Part shown: one piece after another, positions 11,802 to 22,025 of the stretch
Layout of the letters: each line of letters begins with the position of its first letter
How positions within the stretch are numbered: position 1 is the stretch's first letter
Assembly: GCA_963718235.1 (NCBI GenBank)
Contig: CAVQYR010000002.1
Location: forward strand, 256,001-320,000
Source: an uncultured Actinomycetota bacterium
Lineage (GTDB): Bacteria; Actinomycetota; Actinomycetes; JAHEKZ01
Reading direction: 5' to 3'
Length of the DNA stretch: 64,000 bases
Made by a program: the position numbers and the translations under genes
Notes under the pieces: generated by a model
What the model saw: the letters and a program-made list of their open reading frames with translations, nothing else
Told to the model about the DNA's origin: nothing
Databases searched by the model: none

Positions 11802-12035
11802 TCAGACAGTGCGTCGCTGCGCGCGCACCTTGTCGTACTCGTGCACCACGGCCGTGGCGTAGCTGTGCGGCAGGTCGTACTCGTCCTGCAGCCAGTGGAC
11901 CCGCTCCTCGAACCGGGTGAGGGCGGGACCGTCCTGGACGACCTGGTACCACTCGTTCATGTCGCGCCCGGTGGCCTTCGGCAACCGGGCCACGAGATTC
12001 GCGTGGGTCTCCTCCGAGTGGTGCAGCGACGACAT
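11802..12035 (-). CDS. DUF4287 domain protein
   Basis: HSEETH..L..R.P..TGR...EW...WL..E..L.H.YA.A.VHEYD pattern; RBS GAGGAGG. Confidence 0.8.
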   Translation of the reverse strand: MSSLHHSEETHANLVARLPKATGRDMNEWYQVVQDGPALTRFEERVHWLQDEYDLPHSYATAVVHEYDKVRAQRRTV

Positions 12036-12157
12036 GGGCCCCTCCTCGACACCTGCGGTCGGCACCCCGCCGACCTCCTAACCGTGCCTCACCGGGCGGC
12101 GCGGCACAAGCCCCGTTCGGCTGCCACTCTCGGGCCGTTGGTCGCTACCCTCCCGGA

Positions 12158-12574
12158 GTGTCCGGAGACCCCTCGGTCGAGGCCCTCGACGACGCCGTCC
12201 GCCGGCTGGCCGACCGGCTGCGCTCCCTCGGCGCACCACGCCTCGGACGGGCGCCGACGTCGCAGGCTGTCGACGGTGAGGCCGACGCCAGGAGCGTGGC
12301 CGACCAGGCCCACGCCCTGGCCGGCGAGCTGGCCGCTCTGGACGTAGGGGCCGCCCGACGCTCCGACCCGACCCAGCCGATCGTGCCCGTCGTCCCGCGG
12401 CTGTCCGACTTCGCCGTGGGGGACCAGGTGGCGGTGTGCGGAGCTTCGTGCGTGGCCTCGGTTCGAGAGATCCCGCTCGAGACCCTCGTGTGGTGGGGTG
12501 GTTCACGGCTGCCTCTGGGGCCGCTCGCGGCCCGGCTCGCGCAGTGGGCGCGCGACCTACGCCTGGCCGTCTGA
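12158..12574 (+). CDS. Hypothetical protein
   Basis: 138-aa ORF filling the gap; RLADRLR and VPRLSDFAVGDQVAV segments look like a conserved actinobacterial hypothetical; RBS GGAG. Confidence 0.55.
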   Translation: MSGDPSVEALDDAVRRLADRLRSLGAPRLGRAPTSQAVDGEADARSVADQAHALAGELAALDVGAARRSDPTQPIVPVVPRLSDFAVGDQVAVCGASCVASVREIPLETLVWWGGSRLPLGPLAARLAQWARDLRLAV

Positions 12575-13573
12575 CCCGCTGTCGGACGTGGCCTCGACGC
12601 CACGGCGCAGCCGCAGCGAAGCGAGCCGGCCCCAGCGGCTGGGGCGAGCGTCGCTGACCTCGGCCCCGGGCACGTCGACGGCTTCGGCTGCGGCCTGGGC
12701 CACCGCGAGCGTCGGTGTGCTGGTGGCCGCTGGGCCGACCTCGTCCTCGGGCCCGTATCCCAGCGAGGCCAGCATGCTGGGAGTCATCGCCTCGGCCACC
12801 GCCCGGTAGCCGTCGGCCGAGGGATGGAAGCGGTCGGGACCGAAGTAGACCTCGGGGCTGGTCGCGAACCCAGCCCCGAGCAGGTCGGCCAGGGCCACCG
12901 AGCGTCCACCGGCCTGCACCACGCCGACGGTCTGCGCGGCGGCCAGGGAGCGGCTCCACTGGCGGGCGACGAGCTTCAGCGGGTGGGGGATGGGGCGCAC
13001 CGTGCCCAGGTCGGGGCAGGTGCCCACGACGACCTCGACCCCGGCACTGCGCAGCCGGCGGACGGCGTGCGCGAGCAACCGCACGGAGACCGCGGGCGGG
13101 ACGGCATGGGTGACGTCGTTGGCCCCGACCACGATCGCGACGACGTCAGGGTGCCAGCGCACTGCGACGTTGACCTGCGCGGTGAGCTGCGCACTCTGTG
13201 CCCCGACCACCGCGAAGCACCGGTAGTCGACCGGGCGACCCGCGCCGTCGGCCAGCCCCTGGGCCAGGACGGCGCCGGTGGTCTGCCCGGGTGCATCGAC
13301 CCCGAAGCCTGCCGCCCCGGAGTCGCCGAGCACCGCCAGGCGGAGCGGCTCTGGTCCCTCGGAATCGGCGAGCCGTGCACCGGCTGCCGCCTCACGCGGG
13401 TGGTAGCGACCGTCGGCCGTCAGCGGCGCCTGCGAGGCCGGGCCGATCAGGTGTCGGGCGAACCAGGCCTCACCCACGAGGACGGCGAAGACCGCCGACC
13501 CGGCGCCGACCAGGCCGCCACCCCCGTACGCCGCGGCCTTGGCGATGGCGGCGGCTCGACTGGCCCGACTCAC
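12557..13573 (-). CDS. SGNH/GDSL hydrolase family protein
   Basis: LGDS, VGANDVTH and DRFHPS blocks; N-terminal hydrophobic segment. Confidence 0.92.
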   Translation of the reverse strand: MSRASRAAAIAKAAAYGGGGLVGAGSAVFAVLVGEAWFARHLIGPASQAPLTADGRYHPREAAAGARLADSEGPEPLRLAVLGDSGAAGFGVDAPGQTTGAVLAQGLADGAGRPVDYRCFAVVGAQSAQLTAQVNVAVRWHPDVVAIVVGANDVTHAVPPAVSVRLLAHAVRRLRSAGVEVVVGTCPDLGTVRPIPHPLKLVARQWSRSLAAAQTVGVVQAGGRSVALADLLGAGFATSPEVYFGPDRFHPSADGYRAVAEAMTPSMLASLGYGPEDEVGPAATSTPTLAVAQAAAEAVDVPGAEVSDARPSRWGRLASLRLRRGVEATSDSGSDGQA

Positions 13574-13583
13574 GGGGCTCGAC

Positions 13584-14318
13584 TCACTGGGCCCGGCGGG
13601 CCGTCCGCAGGAACCTGCGTACGGTCTCCCGCGCGTTGACGCTCACCTGGGGCCCGTGGGTGAACGCCGCGGTCGTGTACTCCAGCTCCCCGAGCACCTC
13701 GGCCGTCTGCTGGGTCAGGCGGACATCAGTGCAGAACGCCAGCACCGGCCAGGTGATCCGGCGCCGCATGTTCCAGATCGCGTCACCGGTGACCAGCACA
13801 CCCGATGCCTCGTGGAGCAGGGCGACGTGCCCGGGCGTGTGCCCTGGGGTGTGGACCACCCGGATGCCGCCCGCCACGGGAAGGAGGTCGCCGTCGGCGA
13901 CGGTCTCGGCGACGGTGACCGGAGGGAACGTGCCGAACCGGTCGTTCATCGGCCGGAGCCACGACGGACCGCTGAACCCGGGGTCCCGAGGAGGGCTTTG
14001 TCCACGTCGCGCGAAGTCGGCATCGGCGTCGTGGATCGTGACCCCGGAGGTGCTGGTAGCGGCAAGCATGGCCGCCGCCGCGCCGGCGTGGTCGCTGTGC
14101 GCATGGGTGAGCACGATCCGCTGCACGTCCTCGACGGCGCGACCCATGGCCGCGAGACCTGCCCGGATCCGCCTCGACGCACCGAACCGGAGGCCGCAGT
14201 CGACGAGAGTGACCGAGCCGTCGTCCTCGGTGAAGGCGAAGGTGTTCACCAGGTCGGCCGGTGCGGTCGGGATGCGCCAGACGCCGTCGGCCATGCGGAT
14301 CGCTGCAGGTGCCGTCAC
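13584..14318 (-). CDS. Metallo-beta-lactamase fold hydrolase
   Basis: THAHSDH, HTPGHTPGH, GDA motifs; GTG start after GAGGGA; only the 3' part of the 591-aa ORF is coding. Confidence 0.9.
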   Translation of the reverse strand: MTAPAAIRMADGVWRIPTAPADLVNTFAFTEDDGSVTLVDCGLRFGASRRIRAGLAAMGRAVEDVQRIVLTHAHSDHAGAAAAMLAATSTSGVTIHDADADFARRGQSPPRDPGFSGPSWLRPMNDRFGTFPPVTVAETVADGDLLPVAGGIRVVHTPGHTPGHVALLHEASGVLVTGDAIWNMRRRITWPVLAFCTDVRLTQQTAEVLGELEYTTAAFTHGPQVSVNARETVRRFLRTARRAQ

Positions 14319-14420
14319 TTGTCCCTCACGAGCCCCTCTTCGTGCGTAGCCTGGGTACGACCGTACCCAGCCACCCCCGGACACCGTGACGGGTCCGCCT
14401 GACGCCGTAGGCTCCACACC

Positions 14421-15794
14421 GTGCAGGTCTTTGACTCCGTCGTCGATCTCATCGGCGACACCCCGCTGGTCCGGCTCAGCAAGGTGACCGCGGGTATCGC
14501 CGCCCCCGTCTACGCCAAGGTCGAGTACGTCAACCCCGGCGGCTCGGTCAAGGACCGGATCGCCGTCGCGATGATCGAGGCGGCCGAGTCCGAGGGACTG
14601 TTGAAGCCCGGGGGAACGATCGTCGAGCCGACCTCGGGCAACACCGGTGTGGGTCTTGCCCTGGTGGCCCAGCAGAAGGGGTACCGCTGCGTCTTCGTGG
14701 TCCCGGACAAGGTCTCGCAGGACAAGATCAACGTCCTGCGGGCCTATGGGGCCGAGGTCGCGGTGTGCCCCACTGCCGTGGCGCCTGAGCACCCGGAGTC
14801 GTACTACAACGTCAGCGACCGGCTTGCCCGGGAGATCCCTGGTGCGTGGAAGCCCGACCAGTACTCCAACCCGAACAACCCGGCCTCGCACTACGCCTCG
14901 ACCGGTCCGGAGCTGTGGGTGCAGACGGATGGGCGGATCACCCACTTCGTGGCCGGCATCGGCACCGGGGGGACCATCACCGGGACGGGGCGCTACCTCA
15001 AGGAGGTCTCCGGCGGCGCTGTGAAGATCATCGGTGCCGACCCGGTGGGCTCGGTCTACTCGGGAGGCACCGGGCGTCCGTACCTGGTCGAGGGTGTCGG
15101 CGAGGACTTCTGGCCCACCGCCTACGACCCGACCGTCGTGGACGAGGTGGTCGCGGTGAGCGACGGCGACTCGTTCGCGCTCACCCGGCGGCTGGCCCGG
15201 GAGGAGGGGCTGCTCGTCGGTGGCTCGTGCGGCATGGCTGCCTCCGCAGCGCTGACTGTTGCGGCCCGTCTCGGCCCGGATGCCCTGGTTGTGGTGCTGC
15301 TCCCGGACTCCGGGCGCGGCTACCTGTCCAAGGTGTTCAACGACGAGTGGCTGGCTCACTACGGGTTCCTGCCCGAGGGCGATGCCGGACGAACGGTAGG
15401 CGACGTCCTACGCACCAAGCAGGGCGACCTGCCTCCGCTCGTGCACACCCACCCCAACGAGACGTTGGCCGAGGCGATCGAGATCCTGCGCGAGTACGCC
15501 GTGTCCCAGATGCCCGTCGTTCGGGCCGAGCCACCCGTCATGGCGGCTGAGGTCGCCGGGTCGGTCGTCGAGCGCGATCTGCTCGACGCGCTGTTCACCG
15601 GACGAGCCCACCTGGCGGACCGGGTCGAGGACCACATGTCGCCACCTCTGCCGGGAATCGGTTCCGGCGAGCCGGTCTCGGCGGCGGTCTCCGCGCTGGA
15701 GCGGGCCGACGCCCTCGTCGTCCTCGATGACGGACGCCCGGCCGGGGTGCTGACCCGGCAGGACCTCCTGGGCTTCCTCGCGACCCCGGGCTGA
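14421..15794 (+). CDS. cbs: Cystathionine beta-synthase
   Basis: NPGGSVKDR PLP lysine, EPTSGNTG, GIGTGGT, C-terminal CBS domain pair. Confidence 0.95.
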   Translation: MQVFDSVVDLIGDTPLVRLSKVTAGIAAPVYAKVEYVNPGGSVKDRIAVAMIEAAESEGLLKPGGTIVEPTSGNTGVGLALVAQQKGYRCVFVVPDKVSQDKINVLRAYGAEVAVCPTAVAPEHPESYYNVSDRLAREIPGAWKPDQYSNPNNPASHYASTGPELWVQTDGRITHFVAGIGTGGTITGTGRYLKEVSGGAVKIIGADPVGSVYSGGTGRPYLVEGVGEDFWPTAYDPTVVDEVVAVSDGDSFALTRRLAREEGLLVGGSCGMAASAALTVAARLGPDALVVVLLPDSGRGYLSKVFNDEWLAHYGFLPEGDAGRTVGDVLRTKQGDLPPLVHTHPNETLAEAIEILREYAVSQMPVVRAEPPVMAAEVAGSVVERDLLDALFTGRAHLADRVEDHMSPPLPGIGSGEPVSAAVSALERADALVVLDDGRPAGVLTRQDLLGFLATPG

Positions 15795-15873
15795 CCCGCT
15801 CGATCACCCCGGCGGGCCAACAGATCGTCGACCGGACCCGCCGCTCTTCGTGAGGACGACCCGCTGGGGCCAC

Positions 15874-17517
15874 TCAGGAGTCCGGCTGGCGGGTGGACCG
15901 GTCCAGCTGCGCCTCGATGTGGCGCTCGGCGATGTCATGCCCAGCCGTCCCGGCGACGGCCAGAAGGAACGGCTCGCGGTCGATGCGCCACAGCCGACTG
16001 GCCGTGTCGGCTTGCACAGTGGCTGCTCGCGGGGTCGCGCGCAGCAGCGCTATCTCCCCGAAACCGCTCCCCGGACCGACCCGCTCGGTGGAAGGAAGCT
16101 GGGCGAAGCTCACCGTCAGCTCCCCGTCCTCGATGACGTAGTAGGACTCGCCGGCTTCCCCCTGCCGGATCAGCACGTCGCCAGGCTCTGCCGTGACCAG
16201 GGTCGCTCCGTGCGCCAGGCTCTCGAGAGCGGGGGCGTCGAGAACGGCCAGGAACTCGATCCCCTGGAGAAGGGCGACCACCTGGGGGCGGTAGGTCGAG
16301 GCGGCTTCCAGACGTCGCGCCGCCGGCCACGCGGCCAGGGCCAGAACGGTCAGGCCGGCTCCGAGGACCGCGTACGCACTGGCCGCGCCGAAGGTCTCGA
16401 TCAGCACCGGTGCCACGACCGCGCCTGCGGCGAAACCCCCGAGGAACGCCGACTCCCGCAGAGCCATGATCCGGGCCATCAGGGCGTTGGACACAGCCCG
16501 CTGCAACAACGTGATCCCAGCGACTCCGAAGAAGGCCATCCCGGCCCCGACCAGGACCAGGAGCACGACCGCCGGAAGCAGGTTGCTGATCACGGTGAAC
16601 GCCAGCATCGGGACCGCTCCGGCCGCCAGGCTTGCGACCACCGCCAGCGACATCCGCCTCCAGCGGACCAGCACGATCGCTCCCGCGGCTCCGAGGATCC
16701 CCCCGAGTCCGGAGGCGCCGATGAGCAGTCCGGCCACGGCCTCCCCTTGGGCGAGGTACTCGTTGACGAAGGCGATCGCCAGCAGCTGCAGAGATCCCTC
16801 GGCCACGAACTCCAGCCCGACCACGAGCAGGATGATCGCCACCGACGGCCGTCGGACCAGCTCGGTGGTGAGCCGTGCGGTCGTGGTCGCCACTCCCTCG
16901 GCCTGTGCCCCGGTCGGCGCACCCAACCGGACCCCGGTCAGGAGGAGGGCACAGACGACCGCTACAACGGCAAACATGGTCACTGCAGCGGAGGGGCCGC
17001 CCACGGACGCGCTCACTCCCGCGAGGACCGGCCCGAGGAAGTACCCAGCACCCTGCAGGGTTCCGGACAGTGAGTTCGCGGCGGCAGCGTCAGCCGGCGT
17101 CCGGGACAGCTCGGTGGCGGCGGCGTAGTGCGCCGGCCGGGTCCAGGCCACCAGCACGCACCACAGGGTCGCGGACGCCACGATGGCGCTCTTGGGCGCA
17201 CCGGTGGTGAGCAGCGTCGCCAGGAGTCCCATCGATGCGGCGTGTGCGAGGTACCCGCCCCGAAGCACGAGGTCGCGCCGCATCCGGTCTGCGACCACCC
17301 CACCGACCGGTGCCAGCAGCGCCGCCGGGACCAGCTGGAGCACCGAGACCAGCCCGGCGAAGGCGGGCCCGCCGACCTGGTATGCCCACAGCAGGACGAC
17401 GACCCACAGCCCCATCTCGTACACGGTGAACAACCCGTAGGCAGCCTCCAGGCGCACTAGGGCAGGGTTGCGGGCCACGGCCAGCACCGAGCGACGAACG
17501 GCTCCTGCTTGGGCCAC
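15874..17517 (-). CDS. MFS transporter fused to a C-terminal cyclic-nucleotide-binding domain
   Basis: About 12 hydrophobic helices (GGVVADRMRR loop) then IRQGEAGESYYVIEDG and FGEIALL...PRAATV. Confidence 0.88.
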   Translation of the reverse strand: MAQAGAVRRSVLAVARNPALVRLEAAYGLFTVYEMGLWVVVLLWAYQVGGPAFAGLVSVLQLVPAALLAPVGGVVADRMRRDLVLRGGYLAHAASMGLLATLLTTGAPKSAIVASATLWCVLVAWTRPAHYAAATELSRTPADAAAANSLSGTLQGAGYFLGPVLAGVSASVGGPSAAVTMFAVVAVVCALLLTGVRLGAPTGAQAEGVATTTARLTTELVRRPSVAIILLVVGLEFVAEGSLQLLAIAFVNEYLAQGEAVAGLLIGASGLGGILGAAGAIVLVRWRRMSLAVVASLAAGAVPMLAFTVISNLLPAVVLLVLVGAGMAFFGVAGITLLQRAVSNALMARIMALRESAFLGGFAAGAVVAPVLIETFGAASAYAVLGAGLTVLALAAWPAARRLEAASTYRPQVVALLQGIEFLAVLDAPALESLAHGATLVTAEPGDVLIRQGEAGESYYVIEDGELTVSFAQLPSTERVGPGSGFGEIALLRATPRAATVQADTASRLWRIDREPFLLAVAGTAGHDIAERHIEAQLDRSTRQPDS

Positions 17518-17654
17518 CAGAACTCCCGGGTCCGCCCCCCGCTGCGATCGTGGACGACCCCAGCATGTCGGATCGTCGTCCCGAGGAGACCTCCACGGCG
17601 AACCGACCCCGCGGAGCGCTGTTGCCCCAGGAGCTGCGGGCGTAGCGTCGTCGG

Positions 17655-18422
17655 ATGGCGTTCGAGGTCTCTGCCGAGGCTTACGCGCAGTTCATGGGCC
17701 GGTACTCACTTCCGCTGGCAACCGCGTTCGCCGATCTCGTCGCGGTGCGTGCGGGTCAGCGGGTCCTGGACGTCGGCTGCGGTCCCGGAGCGCTGACCGA
17801 GGTGCTGGTGGGTCGGGTCGGCTCAGAACGGGTTTGCGCGGTCGACCCGTCGCAGTCGTTCGTCGACGCACTCCGGTCGACGGTCCCTGAGGTGCAGGTG
17901 ATGCGCTCGGTCGCAGAGGACCTACCCTTCGCGGACGCCCAGTTCGATGCCGCGCTGGCCCAGCTGGTCGTCCACTTCATGACCGACCCTGTGGCCGGAC
18001 TCGGCGAGATGGCCCGGGTGACCCTGCCCGGCGGGACCGTTGCGGCAAACGTGTGGGACCACGCAGGCGAGCGAGGTCCTCTGTCCTCGTTCTGGCGGGC
18101 TGCGAAGGAGATGGACCCGTCGGTGCAGTCAGAGGCCCACCTGGCGGGGGTCGCGGAGGGGCAGCTTCTCGCGCTGTTCGAGGCGGCCGGGATGCCGAAC
18201 GCGTCAGCGACGGCCCTGTCGGTGGCCGTCGTCCACCCCAGCTTCGACGAGTGGTGGGATCCGTTCACGCTCGGCGTCGGACCGGCCGGCGACCACGTCG
18301 CGCGACTCGGTACCGGGGAACGAGAGCAGCTGAGGCAGCGCTGTCGCAGCCTGCTGCCGGCGCCGCCGTTCACGGTTGAGGCGATCGCCTGGACCGTGTG
18401 GTGGCGCAAGCCGATGACGTGA
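17655..18422 (+). CDS. Class I SAM-dependent methyltransferase
   Basis: VLDVGCGPG, AEDLPF, QLVVHFM. Confidence 0.9.
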   Translation: MAFEVSAEAYAQFMGRYSLPLATAFADLVAVRAGQRVLDVGCGPGALTEVLVGRVGSERVCAVDPSQSFVDALRSTVPEVQVMRSVAEDLPFADAQFDAALAQLVVHFMTDPVAGLGEMARVTLPGGTVAANVWDHAGERGPLSSFWRAAKEMDPSVQSEAHLAGVAEGQLLALFEAAGMPNASATALSVAVVHPSFDEWWDPFTLGVGPAGDHVARLGTGEREQLRQRCRSLLPAPPFTVEAIAWTVWWRKPMT

Positions 18423-18463
18423 GTCGGGGCCGAGGCGCCGTTACGCCGGTATCCGGCCCTGGG

Positions 18464-19093
18464 TCACCCAGGGAAGGCGACTCCGGTCGACGAGTGGCAG
18501 TCGTAGCCGTGCGGGTTCTTGGCCAGGTACTGCTGGTGGTACGGCTCGGCGTAGTAGAACTCCGGTGCGGCCATGATCTCGGTGGTGATGGTTCCGAGCC
18601 GGACGCCGTCGAGGGCCTTCTGGTAGGCCTCGCGGGTGGCCTCGGCCTCGCGCCGCTGCTCCGGCGTCGTCCAGTAGATGGCCGAGCGGTACTGCGTGCC
18701 GACGTCGTTGCCCTGCCGATAGCCCTGGGTGGGGTCGTGGTTCTCCCAGAACAGGCGCAGCAGGTGGCGTTCGCTCACCACCGTGGGGTCGTAGACCACC
18801 TTGACCGCCTCGGTGTGCCCGGTGCGCCCGCTGCACACCTCGTCGTACGTTGCGTGCGGGGTGGAACCGCCTTGGTACCCCACCGCGGTGGTCAACACCC
18901 CCGGTACCTGCCAGAACGTCTTCTCGACCCCCCAGAAGCACCCCATGCCCAGGTAGAGGACGGCCGACCCCGCTGGTTCCACGGTCAGGGAGGTGCCGAG
19001 CACCACGTGCCGCTCGGGCAGGGCGAAGTCCGGGCCGAGGCGCCCGTCGAGGGCCTCCTCGGCGCTGGGCACGGTCGCGCGGCGTCCGAACAT
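18464..19093 (-). CDS. msrA: Peptide-methionine (S)-S-oxide reductase
   Basis: [35 protein letters not shown]. Confidence 0.97.
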   Translation of the reverse strand: MFGRRATVPSAEEALDGRLGPDFALPERHVVLGTSLTVEPAGSAVLYLGMGCFWGVEKTFWQVPGVLTTAVGYQGGSTPHATYDEVCSGRTGHTEAVKVVYDPTVVSERHLLRLFWENHDPTQGYRQGNDVGTQYRSAIYWTTPEQRREAEATREAYQKALDGVRLGTITTEIMAAPEFYYAEPYHQQYLAKNPHGYDCHSSTGVAFPG

Positions 19094-19127
19094 CAGGCTT
19101 CCTCCTCGGGGTGGGTGCTCCCACGCT

Positions 19128-19156
19128 CAACCACGGGCACGGGGGTGCCGATTCCC
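19128..19156 (-). promoter_or_regulatory. SigR/SigH-type promoter of msrA
   Basis: GGGAAT-N19-GTTG on the minus strand about 35 nt upstream of the ATG; matches the GGAA..GTT thiol-stress sigma consensus. Confidence 0.6.
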
Positions 19157-19222
19157 AGTCTGCGGTCGTCACTCGCCCAGCGCACTGCGGGGCGGTGAGG
19201 GGGGTGCGGAGGGAGAACGTGG

Positions 19223-21361
19223 ATGCGCAGCATGCGCGTACCCGCTTTGGTGCTCGGGGTCACCCTGCTCGCCACCTCCTGCGGCATCGCCGTCACGTCC
19301 ATGCGAAGCGCCGCCGATGCAGCCGGTGAGCAGAACACCGAGCTCGTGACCGCAGCCCGAAACACCGAGACCCTCTTCACCGAACAGTTCGAGCGAGCCG
19401 CCGCGGTCACGCTGCTCATGGCCAAGGACAACTCCTACGTCAACTACTTCGGGGTCCCGGGCAGCAACGCCCAGAAGATCGCCAGCGATGTCGCGCCGTT
19501 GCGTGACGTCCGCGACCAGCTCCTGTACGTGCAGACCCTGTTCCCCGGCGCTGTCGGCGAGTCCTGCTTCATCGACATCGGCAACGGCCAAGAGCTCGCC
19601 CGGATCACCAACGGAAGGCCCGCCTTCCCGGCCGAGCTGTCACCGGACGAGTCTCGAGCCCCCTTCTTCGGTCCGGCGGCCAAGCTCCCGTCGGGGTTCG
19701 TCTTCCAGACCGCGCCCTACCTGTCAGAGGACACCGACGAGTGGGTCGTCGGCAACGCCGTGGCTGTGTCGGCCGCTGGCGAGAAGCGTGGTCTCGTCCA
19801 CTTCGAGATGCGCCTGGAGTCGCTCCAGGTGCTGTCCGGAGCCCAGGCCGACGACATGGTCATCCGGTCCGTCGACTCCATGACCGGCCGGGTGATCATG
19901 GACAGCCGGTACCTGCAGGTCGCCGGGACCGAGCTGGGGCGCACCGACGATGCGACGTTTTTGTCGCCCATGAAGACCTGGGACACGTCGGGTCTGGAGC
20001 TGATCGGCGACCAGCAGGTCGCCTACGTGCGGATGAGCCCGTCGAAGGACCTTCAGGCGGTGAACGAGAACGACTGGTTCATCACCGCGTCCGCAGAGAA
20101 GGTCCCCACCGGGCTCCAGGTCGCCCTGACGCCGCTCGTGCTCGGGCTCCTGGCCCTGGCCGTTCCCCTGCTCGTCTACGCGGCGATCTCCTACTTCCAG
20201 CACGGACGGCGGGTCCGGGCCGACCAGCAGCGCATGTCCGTGGAGCGGGACCACCTGGCCGCGCGGCTCACCGACATGTCCGAAGCGCTGGACCGCGCGG
20301 CCGCGGGCGACCTCAGCGTGAGCCTGCCCGTCGACTTCGAGGACGAGCGCATGGCGGTGCTCGCCACCTCCTTCGACTCGACCCTGGCGCGGCTGCGGTC
20401 CCTGGTCGGCCAGGCGCAGGACAACGGGGTGCGCCTGTCGCAGGCAGCAAGCCAGCTGCGCGCCACATCGACCCAGCAGGCCAGCTCGGCGACCGAGCAG
20501 TCGGCGGTCGTGACCGAGACCACCGCGACGATCGAGGAGCTTGCGGCAACCGCGGCTCAGATCGCCGAGACGGCGCAGAGCGTGGCCCGGGTCGCCCAAG
20601 ACACGTTGGCGCTCACCGACGAAGGTCGCGGCGCGGTGCGCGACTCGGTCGCTGCGATGGAGCGGATCACCACGAAGGTCGACTCGATCGCCTCCAACAC
20701 CGCCGGTCTCGGCGAGAAGATCAACGAGGTGGGTCGGATCCTCGACATGATCGACGAGCTCAGCGAGCAGACGAACCTGCTGGCGCTCAACGCAGCCATC
20801 GAGGCGGCACGTGCGGGAGAGCACGGCCGTGGTTTCGCCGTGGTGGCCTCCGAGGTGCGCAAGCTGGCCGAGCGTGCGCAGCAGTCCACCGCGCAGATCC
20901 AGGGGATCGTCACCGAGATCCAGGCCCACACCCGATCGACGGTGGTGGCGTCGGAGGAGGGGGCGCGGGAGGCGGCGCACGGCGCGGCCCTGGCCACCGG
21001 CGCGGTCCACGCACTCGACCGGATCGCCTCGATGGTCGACGAGGCGACCCAGGCGGTGGAGGAGATCAGCATCGCCACCCAGCAGCAGCGGTCGGCGTCG
21101 GACCAGGTGGTCGTGGCCATGACCCAGGTGTCAGAGGTGTCACGCCAGTACGCGGCCGGGTCGAAGCAGACCTCGTCGGCGGCGACCGAGATCTCCGGGC
21201 TCGCGGGCGCGATGCAGCGTTCGATCTCCTCGTTCAACACCGAGGCCGAAGCCGTGCCCGATGCTGACGACGACATGCTGCCTGACGGTGAGTTCGATGC
21301 CGCCGAGCTGTTCGTCCACGACGACTCGACGCCGGAACGCCAGGAGACCAGCCGCCGCTGA
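19223..21361 (+). CDS. Methyl-accepting chemotaxis protein with extracytoplasmic Cache-like sensor domain
   Basis: TM1, about 270-aa sensor region, TM2, HAMP-like segment, [36 protein letters not shown] hairpin tip. Confidence 0.93.
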   Translation: MRSMRVPALVLGVTLLATSCGIAVTSMRSAADAAGEQNTELVTAARNTETLFTEQFERAAAVTLLMAKDNSYVNYFGVPGSNAQKIASDVAPLRDVRDQLLYVQTLFPGAVGESCFIDIGNGQELARITNGRPAFPAELSPDESRAPFFGPAAKLPSGFVFQTAPYLSEDTDEWVVGNAVAVSAAGEKRGLVHFEMRLESLQVLSGAQADDMVIRSVDSMTGRVIMDSRYLQVAGTELGRTDDATFLSPMKTWDTSGLELIGDQQVAYVRMSPSKDLQAVNENDWFITASAEKVPTGLQVALTPLVLGLLALAVPLLVYAAISYFQHGRRVRADQQRMSVERDHLAARLTDMSEALDRAAAGDLSVSLPVDFEDERMAVLATSFDSTLARLRSLVGQAQDNGVRLSQAASQLRATSTQQASSATEQSAVVTETTATIEELAATAAQIAETAQSVARVAQDTLALTDEGRGAVRDSVAAMERITTKVDSIASNTAGLGEKINEVGRILDMIDELSEQTNLLALNAAIEAARAGEHGRGFAVVASEVRKLAERAQQSTAQIQGIVTEIQAHTRSTVVASEEGAREAAHGAALATGAVHALDRIASMVDEATQAVEEISIATQQQRSASDQVVVAMTQVSEVSRQYAAGSKQTSSAATEISGLAGAMQRSISSFNTEAEAVPDADDDMLPDGEFDAAELFVHDDSTPERQETSRR

Positions 21362-21410
21362 ACTCCGCGTGACGCACGACCCGGGCAGTCAGCAGTACCC
21401 GTGTGGGCGG

Positions 21411-21436
21411 CAAGATCCCTCCCGTGCCGGACATGT
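21411..21436 (+). promoter_or_regulatory. Candidate ECF promoter, copy 1 (CAAGA-N12-CGGACATGT)
   Basis: Immediately upstream of the sigma gene; identical bipartite copy at 21954-21979. Confidence 0.6.
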
Positions 21437-21443
21437 GCGTGAC

Positions 21444-22025
21444 GTGACGATGACCGGAGGCGTCTCGGGGCAGCCGATGGACGAGGAGGGGTTTGAGCAG
21501 CTCTTCGCCAGCCACTTCCCAGACGTGTGGCGGTTCGCACGGCGCCGGACGGCCACGACAGAGGACGCCGATGACGTGACAGCCGAGACGTTCGCCGTCG
21601 CCTGGCGCCGACGCGGTGAGGTCCCCGCAGCCGAAGCCCGCCCCTGGCTGTTCGGCGTGGCTCGCAACGTCTTGTCGAACCACTGGCGATCAGGTGAGCG
21701 GCGCACTCGGCTCCAGTCGCGGCTGGTCGAGTCGGCGCTCACGTGGTCGGAAGTCGCCGAAGACCGAATCCAAGAGAAGACGTTGTGGCTGGCCCTCGCA
21801 TCGCTGTCCGAGGACGACCGCGACTTGTTGATCATGCGGGCGTGGGACGAGCTGGCCGTGACCGAGATCGCTGCGGTCTTGGGCTGTACGCCCAACGCTG
21901 CGTCATCACGACTTCACAAGGCCCGGCGACGACTGGCCGCCGAGCTCCAGCGACAAGAAGCAGGCTCTGACGGACATGTAGTGGTGAATCCCCGACTCAC
22001 CGAGAGGAGCGATCGTGAGCACTAG
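21444..22025 (+). CDS. ECF RNA polymerase sigma factor
   Basis: Region 2 (DADDVTAETFAVAWRR, WLFGVARN) and region 4 (EIAAVLG...SRLHKARRRL); start uncertain (21444, 21450 or 21477). Confidence 0.92.
   Translation: MTMTGGVSGQPMDEEGFEQLFASHFPDVWRFARRRTATTEDADDVTAETFAVAWRRRGEVPAAEARPWLFGVARNVLSNHWRSGERRTRLQSRLVESALTWSEVAEDRIQEKTLWLALASLSEDDRDLLIMRAWDELAVTEIAAVLGCTPNAASSRLHKARRRLAAELQRQEAGSDGHVVVNPRLTERSDREH
21954..21979 (+). promoter_or_regulatory. Candidate ECF promoter, copy 2, inside the sigma 3' end and upstream of the anti-sigma gene
   Basis: CAAGA 21954-21958, 12-nt spacer, CGGACATGT 21971-21979. Confidence 0.55.

Noticed and set aside
14319-15359. Apparent 347-aa N-terminal extension on the metallo-beta-lactamase ORF
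   Set aside because: It is the antisense of cbs; a GTG with an RBS at 14318 explains the real gene
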